This document shows positions 15,001 to 27,000 of a stretch of DNA of 64,000 bases, piece by piece. The DNA lies in assembly GCF_009914755.1 (NCBI RefSeq), contig NC_060931.1; one strand, written 5' to 3'. Each line of letters begins with the position of its first letter. Position 1 is the first letter of the stretch. The notes below the pieces were generated by a model. The model saw only the letters and a program-made list of their open reading frames with translations, was not told where the DNA came from and did no database searches. Made by a program: the position numbers and the translations under genes. The stretch is from the human T2T-CHM13v2.0 reference genome, Homo sapiens.

Positions 15001-18000
15001 GGTTGATTCCATTCCATTCCATTCCATTCCCTTCCACTCCATTCCACTCGGATTGATTCCATTCCAATCCATTCCATTCCTTTCCATTCCATTGCATTCC
15101 ATTTAACTCCATTCCATGACAATCTGGTTGATTCCATTCCACTCCGTTCCATTCCAATCCATTCGATACCATTGCATTCCATTCCACTAGTGTTGATACC
15201 ATTCCATTCCATTCCATTCCATTTCATTCCATTCCATTACACTCGCGTTGATTCCGTTGCATTCCATTCCATTCCATTCCATTGCTTTCCATTTCATTCC
15301 ATTCCATTACATTCAGGTTGATTCCACTCCATTCACTTCCATTCAATTCCATTTCATGCCATTCCTCTCGAGTTGATTCCAATCCATTCCATTCCATTCC
15401 ATTCGGATTGAATCCATTCCACTGCATATCATTCCATTCCATTCCATTCCATTCCATTCCTTTCCATTCCTTTCCATTCCACTCGGTTTGATTCCATTCC
15501 TTTCCATTCCATTCTATGCCAATAAATTCACTTCCACTCCATTTCACTCGGGTTGATTCTATTCCACTCCATGCCATTCCACACGGGTTGAATCCATTCC
15601 TTTCCATTCCATTCCATTCCATTCCACTAGGGTTGAATCCATTCCATTTAATTCCATTTCATTCCAATCCTTTCCATTCCATTCCACTCGGGTTGATTCC
15701 ATTCCATTCCATTCCATTCCATTTCATTCGGGTTAATTCCATTACATTCCATTCCTTCACATTCCATTCCATTCCATTCCACTCAGGTGATACCATTCCT
15801 TTCCATTCCAATCTATTCCATTCCATTCCATTCCATTCCATTCCATTCGGATTGATTCTATTCAATTCCATTCCATTCCATTTCATTCCGTTCCATTCCA
15901 TTCCATTCCATTCCAGTCCACTCAGAGTGATTCCGTTTCATTCCATTCCATTCCTTTGCATTCCAAGGCATTCAAATCCATTCCCTTCCAATCAGGTGGA
16001 TTCCTTTCCTTTCCATTCCATTCCATTCCATTCCATTCCGATCCGTTTCCTTCCATTCCATTCCATTCCACTCGGGTTGATTCCATTCCATTCTTCTACA
16101 TTCCATTCCATTCCATTCCATTCCATTCCATTCCATTCCATTCCATTCAGTTCCATTCCACTCGGGTTTATTCCATTCCATTGCATTGCATTCCATTCCA
16201 TTCCATTCCACTGTGGTTGATACCATTCCTTTCAATTTCATTCCATTCCATTCCATTCATTTCACGTGTATTCCATTCCATTCCTTTCCATTCCATTCCA
16301 TTCCATTCCATTCAATTCCACTTGGGTTGATTCCGTTCCTTTCCATTACATTCCATTCTTTACATTCCCTTCCATTCCATTCCACTCGGGTTGATTCCAT
16401 TCAATTCCATTCCATTCCATTGCATTCCATTCCATTCCAATCCTTTCCGTTGCACTCGGTTTGATTCCATTCCATTGCATTCCATTCCATTCCATTCCAT
16501 TCCATTCCATTCCATTCCATTCCATTCCACTTGGGTTGAATCCTTACAATTGCATTCCATTCCATTCAATTGCATTCCATTCCATTTGATACCATTGCAT
16601 TCCATTCCATTGCATTGCATTCCAGTTGATTCCATTCCATTCAATTCCATTCCACTCCATTGCATTCTATTTCATTCCATTCTATTCCACTTAGGTTGAT
16701 TCCATTCCATTCCATTCCATTCCATTCCATTCCATTCCATTCCATTCCATTCCATTACATTACATTACATTATATTGCATTCCCTTCCATTCCATTGCAC
16801 TCGGGTTGATTCCATTTCTTTCCATTCCATTCCCTTCCATTCCATTGCAATCCATTCCACTCCATTGCATGCCACTCGGGTTGACTCCATTCCACTCCAT
16901 TCCATGCCACTCTGGTTTATTTCCATTCCATTCCATTCCATTCCACTTTGGTTGATTCCATTCTATTCCATTCCATTCCCTTCCATTCTATAGCATTGCA
17001 TTCCATTCCATTCCATTACATTCCATTCCACTTGGGTTGATTCCATTCTATTCCATTCCATTCCATTCCACTTGTGTTGATTCCATTCCTTTTTATTCCA
17101 GTACATTCCATTCCATTCAATTGCATTCCATTCCTTTCCATTCCATTGCATTCTATTCCATTTCTTTCCATTCCATTAGATTCCATTCCATTCCCTTCCA
17201 TTCCACTCCATTCCATTCCATTCCATTCCATTCGGGTTTATACCGTCCCATTCCATTCCATTCCATTCCATTCCATTCCATTCCATTCCATTCCATTCCA
17301 TTCCATTCTATTCCACTTGGGTTGGTTCCAATCCATTCCATTCCTTTCTACTCCATTCCATTCCATTCCACTCGACTCATGTTGTTTCCATTACAGTCCA
17401 CTCTATTCCATTCCATTCCATTCCATGCCATTCCATTCTTGTTGATTCCATTACATTGCATTCCATTCCATTCCTTTCCACTCGGGTTGATTCTATTCCT
17501 TTCCATTCCATTCCTTTCCATTCCATTGTTTTCCATTCCACTCCATTCCATGCCAGTCGTGTTGATTCCATTCCACCCCATTCCATGCCACTCGGGTTGA
17601 TTATATTCCATTCCATTGCATTCCACTTGGGTTGAGTCAATTTCATTCCATTGCATTCCATTCCCTTCCATTCCATTGCATTCCATTCCGTTCCATTGCA
17701 TACCATTGCATTCCTTTCAATTCCATTCCATTCCACTCGTCTTGATTCCATTCCATTTCAGTCCAATCCATTCAATTCCATTCCATTCCATTCCATTCCA
17801 CTTGGGTTCATTCCATTCCATTCCATTCCATTCCTTTCCATTCCATTCCATTCCCTTGTATTCCATTTTTCTTGGGTTGATTCCATTCCATTCCATTCCA
17901 TTCAATTTCATTCCATTCTATTCCATTCCATTGCATTCCATTTCATTTTTTTTTACATTCCAGTTGTTTCTATTCCATTCCATTCCATTCCACTACATTG

Positions 18001-21000
18001 CATTCCATTCCTTTCCATTCCATTCCACTTGGGTTGATTCCATTCCATTCCATTCCTTTCCATTACACTCGTTTTGATTACATTCAATTAAATTCCATTC
18101 TAATCCATTATATTACATTCCACTCCATTCTATTCCATTCCATTCCACTCAGGTTGATTCCCTTCCATTCCATTCCATTCCATTCCATTCTATTCCACTA
18201 CATTCCACTTGGGTTGATCCCACTCCAATCCATTCCATTCCTTTCCATTCCATTGCCTTCCATTCCACTCCATTCCATGCCAATCTGTTTGATTCCATTC
18301 CACTCCATTGCATGCCTCTCGTGTTGATTCCATTCCATTCCGTTCCATTCCAATCCATTCGATTCCATTGCATTCCATTCCACTAGTGTTGATGCCATTC
18401 CATTCCATTCCATTCCATTCCACTCGCATTGATTCCATTCCATTCCATTCCATTCCATTCCATTCCATTTCATTCCATTCCATTACATTCAGGTTGATTC
18501 ATTTCCATTCCCTTCCATTCATTTCCATTTCATGCCATTCCTCTCTAGTTGATTCCATTCCATTCCATTCCAGTCCATTCCATTCGTATTGATTCCATTC
18601 CATTGCATTCCATTTCATTCCATTCCATTCCATTCCATTCCTTTCCATTCCATTCCATTCCACTCAGGTTGATTCCATTCCTTTACACTCCATTCTATTC
18701 GAATCCTTTCATTTCCATTCCATTCCACTCGCATTAATTCCATTCCATTCCTTCCCATTCCAATCCGTTCTATTCCATTGCATTCCATTCCAATAGGGTT
18801 GATTCCATTCCATTCCATTCCATTCCATTCCATTCCTTTCCCTTCAATTCCATTCCTTTCCATTCCATTCCATTCCGTTCCATTCCACTCGGTTTGAATC
18901 CATTCCAGTCCATTACATTCCAATCCGTTCCATTCCCTTCCACTCGCGTTGATTCCATTCCATTCCAATCCATTCGATTCCATTGCATTCCCTTCCACTG
19001 GGTTTGATTCCATTCCATTCCATTCCATTCCATTCCATTCCATTCAGGTTTATTCCATTCCACTTCATTCCATTCCACTCGGTTTGATTCCATTCCATTG
19101 CATTCCATTCCACTCTGGTTGATTCCAAACCATTCCATTCCATTCAATTCCATTCCATGCCATTCCACTCAGGTTGATTTCATTCCATTCCTTTCCATTC
19201 CGTTCCTTTCCATTCGGGTGTATTCCATTCCATTCCATTCCATTCCTTTCTCTTCAATTCCGTTCTGGTTCATTCCATTCCGTACAATTCCATTTCATTC
19301 CATTCCAATCCACTTTTGTTGATTCCATTCCATTCCATTCCATTCCATTCCATTCCATTCCAATCCATTCCATTCCACTCAGGTTGATTCCATTCCATTC
19401 AGTTCCATTCCATTCCACTCCATTCCACTCGGGTTGATTCCATTCCATTCCGTTCCATTCAATTCCATTCCATGCCATTCCACTCGCGTTGATTCCATAC
19501 CGTTCCATTCTATTAGGGTTGATTGCATTCCACTGCATTCCATTCCATTCCATTCCAGTCCATTCCATTCCATTCCATTCCATTCCATTCCAATCCATTC
19601 CATTCAGCTCACGGTGATTCCATTCCATTCCATTCCATTCCATTCCATTCCATTCCATTCCATCAAATTCCATTCCCTTCCATTCTATTCAACTCCATTC
19701 CTTTCCGTTTCATTCCATCCCATTCCATTCCATTCCATTCCATTTGGTTTGGTTCCATTCCATTTCATTCCATTGCTTTCCTTTCCATTCCATTCTGGTT
19801 GGTTCCCTTCCCTTTCATTCCATTCCATTCCATTCCTTTCCATTCCACTCCATTCCATTCCATTCCTTACCACTCAGGTTGATTCCATTCCCTTCAATTC
19901 CATTTCTTTCCATTCCACTCGTGTTGATTCCATTCCATTCCATTCCATTCCACTCACGTAGTTTCCATTCCATTCCTTTCCATTCAATTCCATTTCGTGC
20001 CATTCTATTCGGGTTGATTCCATTCCACGGCATTCCCTTCCTTTCGGGTTGATTCCATTCCATTCCATTTCATTCCATTCCATTCCATTCCATTCGGGGT
20101 GAATCCTTTCCCTTTCTTTCCAATCCATTCCGTTCCATTCCATTCCATTCCATTCCTCTCTTGTTGATTCCATTCCATTCCATTCCATTACAATCCATTT
20201 GATTTCATACCATTCCTTTGAACACGGGTGGATTTCATTCCATTCCATTCTATTCCATTCCACTCGCATTGATTCCATTCCATACCATTCCATTCCATTC
20301 CATTCCATTCCATTTCATTCCATTCCATTACATTCAGGTTGATTCCATTCCATTCCTTTCCATTCAATTCCATTTCATGCCATTCCACTCGAGTTGATTC
20401 CATTCCATTCCATTCCATTCCATTCGGATTGATTCCATTCCATTGCTTTGCATTCCATTCCATTCCATTCCATTCCATTGCGTTCAATTCCATTCCTTTC
20501 TATTCCACTCGTGTTTATTCCATTCCTTTCCATTCCATTCTTTCCATTCCATTCCATTCCATTTCATTACATTCCAGTCCATTTCGCTTGGGTTGATTCC
20601 ATACCATTCCATTCCATTCCATTCCATTCCATTCCATTCCATTCCACTCACGTTGAATCCGTTCCATTCCATTCCATTTCGTTCCAATCTATTCCATTCC
20701 ATTCCACTCGGGTTGACTCCATTCCATTCAATTCCATTCCATTCCACTCGCATTTATTCCATTCCATTCCTTCCTATTCCAATCCATTTTATTCCATTCC
20801 ATTCCATTCCACTCTGGTTGATTCCAATCCATTCCATTCCATTCCATTCCATTCCATTGCATTCCATTCCATTCCATTCCACTCGGGTTGATTCTATTCC
20901 ATTCCATTCAATTCCATTCAGGTTGACTCCATTGCATTCCATTCCATTCTACTCGGGTTGATTCCATTCCATTCCATTCCATTCCATTCCATTCCATTCC

Positions 21001-21003
21001 ATT
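1..21003 (+). repeat. Human satellite 3 (HSat3/SatIII), decamer-containing type (HSat3B-like); runs off the left edge
   Basis: Long near-perfect (ATTCC)n tracts are interrupted every ~40-150 bp by ACTCGGGTTG and its variants ACTTGGGTTG, ACTCAGGTTG and ACACGGGTTG (e.g. 2121, 7566-7642, 20881, 20951). This pentamer-plus-decamer structure defines SatIII. The B-type subfamily label is from recollection and needs classification. Confidence 0.95.
1394..1404 (-). promoter_or_regulatory. DUX4-consensus motif TAATTGAATCA in HSat3 (further copies at 2389-2399, 6889-6899, 46082-46092)
   Basis: The + strand reads TGATTCAATTA, the reverse complement of TAATTGAATCA, which fits the DUX4 consensus TAAYYBAATCA. 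This is a motif match only; there is no binding evidence. Confidence 0.3.
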
Positions 21004-24000
21004 ACATGTCTATCCATTCGTTTCCAATCCGTTTGATAACATTTTGTTATCAAACTGGACTAAAAGAATAGTCCAATCTATTCTTTTTCATTCCATTCCA
21101 GTCCATTCCATTCGATTCCATTACATTCGATTCATTTCCACTCAATTGCATTCCGTTCCATTCCATTGTCCTCCATTCTATTCCATGCAATTGCACTCCA
21201 TTGCATTCCATTTGATTACATTCCTTTCAATTCCATTCCATTCAAATCATTTAGATTGCAATCCATTACATTCCAATCCGTTCTTTTCCATTCCGTTCCA
21301 TTCCGGTGCATTCCTTTTGATTCCATTCCATTTGATTCCATTCCATACTATTGCATTCGATTTGATTCCATTCTTTGAATATATTCCATTCGAGACCATT
21401 CCTTTTTTGTCCATCCTATTTGAGTCCATTCCATTCGAGTCCATTGCATTCCATTCCATTCCATTGCATTCCATTCCACTGCATTCCATTCCATTGCATT
21501 TGATGTCATTCCGTTCAATTCTATTCCTGTTCAATCCATTCCTATTCATTCCTTTCCATTCAATGCCTTTCCATTGAATTATATTCCATTCAACTCCATT
21601 CAATTCCATTCCATTCCATCCAATTCCATTCCATTCCATTCCATTCCATTCCATTCCATTCCAATCCATTCCATTCCATTCCAATCGTTTCCTTTCCATT
21701 CGCGTCCATTCCAATCCAGTCCGTTTCATTCAATTCCATTCCTTTTGGTTCCATTCCATTCGACTCCATTCTATTCGAGACCATTCTAATCCAGTCCATT
21801 ATTTTCCATTCTGCTCAATTCCAATCCGTTCAATTCCATTTTATTCCAGTCCATTCCATTCGATTCCATTCCTTTTGATTCCATTCCACTCGATTCCACT
21901 CCGTTCCATTCTATTGAATTCCATTCTATTCCATTCCATTCCATTTGGTTGCTTTCCATTCAATACCATTCCATTCGAATCAATTACATTTCAATCCATT
22001 ACATATGAGTCGGTTCTATTCCATTCCATTCTAGTCGATTCCATTCGACTCCATTTCATACTATTGCATTGCTTTCGATTCCATTCTATTCGAATAAATT
22101 CCATTCGAGACCATTCCTTACCAGTCCATTCCATTTCTGTCTATTCTGTTCGAGGCCATTACATTTGGTTACATTCCATTCCATTCCATTCAATGTCATT
22201 CCATTCAATTCTATTCCATTTGAGTCTATTCCATTCGATTCCATTCCATTCCCTTCCATTCCATTATATTCGATGCCATTCCATTGGATTGTGTTCCATT
22301 CGACTCCATTCCATTCCATTCCTTTCCATTTGATATCTTTTCATTCCTTTCCATTCCATTCTATCCCTTTCGATTCCATTAACTTCAATTCTTTGATTCA
22401 GTTCCATTTGGTTCCATTCCATTATACTCCATTCCAATCGAGTCCATTCCATTCCATCACATTCTATTCCATTCCATTCCATTCCATTCCATTCCTTTCC
22501 ATTCCATCCCATTCCATTCAGTTTGATTCCAATCCGATCAATTCCATTTTGTTCCATTCCAATCCATTCGAGTCAATTCCATTCCCATGCATTCCATTCG
22601 ATTCCATTCCATTTGTTTGCATTCCATTCAATTCCATTCCATTCGATTCCATTCCTCTATATTCCATGCGGTTCCATTCCATTACATTCCATTCTTTTCC
22701 ATTCCATGGCATTCCATTCCATTCCTTTTGATTACATTACATTCGATTCCATTCCTTTCAACTCAATTACATTACATTCTGTTACATTGAAGTCCGTTCT
22801 ATTCCACTCCAATCCATTCTTGTCCATTCCTTTCGTTTTCAGTTCTTTCAATTCGATTCATTACTGTTGCATTCCTTTTGATTCCATTATATTCGAATAT
22901 CTTCCATTTGAGACCATTCCTTTCAAGTCCATTCTATTTGAGTCCATTCCATTCGAGTCCATTACATTTGGTTCCGTGCTATTCCACTCCAATCCATTTG
23001 ATGCCATTCCATTCGATTCTTTTCCATTTGAGTCCATTCCATTTGAGTCCTGTCCAACCCATTCCATTCCTTTCCATCTGATGCCATTCCATTTGATTCT
23101 ATTCCACTCGACTCCATTCCATTCCATTCCGTTCCATCCGATTCCATTCCATTCTATTCCATTCCTTACCTTTCCATTCCATTCCACTCCATTCATTTCC
23201 TTTCCATTTGTATCCAATCCTCTCACGTCCATTCCATGTCAGTCCATTCCATTGCAGTCCATTCCATTCAATTCCATTCCATTCGATTTCATTCCATTTG
23301 ATTCCATTCCTCTATTTTCAATTCCGTTCCATTCCATAGCATTCCATTCCATTCCATTCCATGACATTCAATTCCATTCCATTTGATTACATTACATGCA
23401 ATTCCATTCCTTTCAAATCAATTACATTATGTGCTGTAACATTCGAGCCCATTCTATTCCACTCCAATCCATTCCGGTCCATTCCATTCGAGTCCAGGAC
23501 TTTCGATTCCTTTCCATACTATTGCATTCCATTTGATTCCATTCTATTCGAATAAATTCCATTCAAGACCATACCTTTCGAGTCCATTCTATTTCAGTGC
23601 ATTCCATTCGAATCCATTACATTTTTTCCATGCCATTCCATTCCAATCCTTTCGATGCCATTCCATTCGATTCTGTCCATTCGAGTCCATTCCATTCGAG
23701 TCCATTCCATTCCATTCCATTTCATCTGATGCCATTCCATGCAATTCTATTCCATTCGACTCCATTCCTTTCCATTCCGTTCCATCCTATTCCATTCCAT
23801 TATATTCCATTCCTTTCCACTCCTTTCCATTCCATTCATTTCCTTTCCATTCGAGTCCAATCCTCCACAGTCCATTCCATGCCAATCCATTCCATTCCAT
23901 TCCATTCGAATCCACTCCATTCCATTCCTTTCCATTTGATATGTTTCCATTAAACTCCATTCGATTCTATTCCTTTCGATTCTATTCAATTCCATTCCAT

Positions 24001-27000
24001 TCGATTCCATTCCATTCGATTTCATTCCATTCGACTCCAATCCATTCGAGTCCATTGCATTCCATTCGATATTTTTCCGTTACACTCCATTCCATTCTTT
24101 TATTTTTGATTCCATTCAATTCCATTCCATTCGATTCCATTCCAATCAGTTCCTTTCCATTTGACTCCATTCCATTGGAGTCCATTCAATTCCATTCCAT
24201 TCCATTCCATTCTGTTCTGTTCGATTCCAATCTGTTTGATTCCATTTTGTTCCAGTCCGCTCCATTCGAGTCCATTCCATTCCAGTCCATGCAATTCGAT
24301 TCCATAACATTCGATTACATTCAATTTGATTCCAGTCTATGCTTTCAATTCCATTCCATTCGATTCAATTCCATTTTATTCCATTCCTCTTGATTCCTCT
24401 CCGTTCCCCTTTATTGCATGCCATTCTATTCCATTCCATTGCATACCATTCTCCTCCATTCTATTACATTCCATTTGAATCCATTCCATTCAAATAAATT
24501 ACTTTGCAATCCATTATATTTGAGTCCGTTCTATTCCAGTCCTTTCCATTCCGATCCATTCAATTCGATTCCATTCGATATGATTCGATTCCATTCCTCT
24601 CAATTCCACTCCATTCCCTTTTATTGTATTCCATTCTATTCCATTCCATTGCATAACATTCCACTCCAATTGATTACATTTCATTTGAATACATTAGATT
24701 CAAATAAATTACATTGCAATCCATTACATTCGATTCAGTTCCGTTCCTGTCAATTCCATTCTGGTTCATTCCATTTGATTCCATTCCATTCGATACCATT
24801 CCATTCTATTCCATTCCATACTATTGCATTCTGTTTGATTCAATTGTAGTTGAATAAATTCCATTCGAGACCATTCTTTTCGATTGCATTCTACTTGAGT
24901 GCATTCCATTTTTGTCCTTTACATTTGTGTCCAATACATTCCATTCCATTCCATTCCATTCCATTCTATTCCAATCCATTTCATTCCAATCCATTCGATG
25001 CCATTCCATTCTCTTCTTTCCATTCGAGACAATTCCATTTTAGTCCATTCCATTCCAGTACGTTCGATGTCATTCCATTCGATTGTATTCCATTTGACTC
25101 CATTCCTTTCGATTCCGTTCCACCCGATTCCATTCCATTCCATTCCTTTCTATTCCATTCCATTTCACTCCATTCCATTCTATGCCATTCCATTCCATTC
25201 TATTCCATTCGAGTGCATTCCACTTCAGTCAATTCCGTTCGAGTCCATTCCATTCTTGTCCATTCCATTCCTTTCCATTCCATTCGATTTCTTTCCATTA
25301 CACTCCATTCCATTATATTCCTATCAATTCCATTCAATTCCATTCTGTTCAATTCAATTCCGTTCGGTTCCATTCCAATCAAGTCCATCGCATTTCATTG
25401 AATTTCTTTCCATTCCATTCCATTCAGTTTCGTTCAATTCCCATCCTTTTCATTCCACTATGTTCCAATCCACTCCATTTGAATCCATTCCATTCGATTC
25501 CATTCCATTCAATTCAATTACTTTCGATTCCATTCCACTTGATTCCACTCCATTCCGTTCCATTCCACTGCATTCCATTCTATTCCGTTCCATGGCATTC
25601 CATTCAATTCCATTTGATTCCATTCCATTCCATTCCATTCTATTCGATTCCATTACATTGTAGTCCATTCCATTCGAGTCCATTCTATTCCACTCCATTC
25701 CATTCCGGTCCATTCCATGCGATTCCATTCCTTTCGATTCCTATCCATACTTTTGCATCCCATTCGTTTCCATTCTAGTCGAATAAGTTCCATGCGAGAC
25801 TATTCCCTTCGAGTGCATTGTATTTGAGTCCATTAAATTCGAGTCCATTACGTGTGTATCCATTCCATTCCATTCCCATCCATTTGATGGCATTACATTC
25901 CATTATATTCCATTTGAGTCCATTCCATTTGAGTCCATTCCACTGCATTCCATTCCATTCCATTCGATGCTGTTCCATTCGATTCTGTTTCTTTCGACTC
26001 CAATCCATTCCATTTTGTTCCATCCCATTCCATTCCATTCTATTCCTTTCCATTCCATTCGTTTCCATTCCTTTCGAGTCCATTCCATTCCATTCCAGTC
26101 AATACCATTCCATTCGACGCTATTCCATTCGACTCCATTCCATTCCATTCCATTCCATCCTAATTCGTTCCCTTCTATTCCTTTCCATTCGATTCTGTAC
26201 CTTTCCATTCAATTCCATTCGTTTCCATTCCATTCGTGTCCATTCCACTCCAGTCCATTCAATTCAAGTCCTTTCCATTCCAGTCCATTCCATTCGAGAC
26301 CATTCTATTCCATTACATTCGATAACTTTCCATTTCACTCAATATCTTTCCATTACACTCCATTCCATTCTATTCCTTTCAATTCCATTCAATTCCATTC
26401 CATTTGCTTCCATTACATTCGACCCCATTCCATTCGAGTCCATTCCATTGCATTCTATTCCATTCCGTTCCATTGCATTCCAATCCGTTCGATTCCATTT
26501 TTTTCCAGTCCATTCAATTCGAGTCAATTCCATCCCAGGTCATTCAATTCGATTCCACTCCTTTAGATTCCATTCCTATCGATTCCACACCATTCCATTC
26601 CTTTGCCTTCCATTCTATTCCATTCCATTCCATTCCATTTGATTACATTCCGTTCAATACCATTCCTTTCTATTCAATTACATAGCAATCCATTACATTC
26701 CATTCCTTTCTAATCCAGTCGATTCCATTCGATTGCATTCCATTCGATTCCATTCCAAACTATTCCATTCCATTCGATTGCATTCTATTCAAATAAATTC
26801 CATTTGAGACCCTTCCTTTCTAGTCCATTCTATTTGAGTCCATTAAATTCGAGTCCGTTACATGTGTGTCCATTCCATTACATTCCCATCCATTTGATGG
26901 CATTCCATTCCTTTCTATTCCATTGGAATCCATTCCGTTTGAGTCCATTCCACTCCATTCCATTCCATTCCATTCGATGCCGTTCCATTCGATTCTGTTC

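Noticed and set aside
19513-19521. TTAGGG and GGGTTG telomere-like words
   Set aside because: These are isolated point variants of the SatIII decamer, with no tandem telomeric tract.
1-21003. Regularly spaced ACTCGGGTTG as a CRISPR-like repeat/spacer array
   Set aside because: The 'spacers' are just ATTCC pentamers of variable number. There are no unique spacers, no leader and no cas genes, and the context is eukaryotic satellite.
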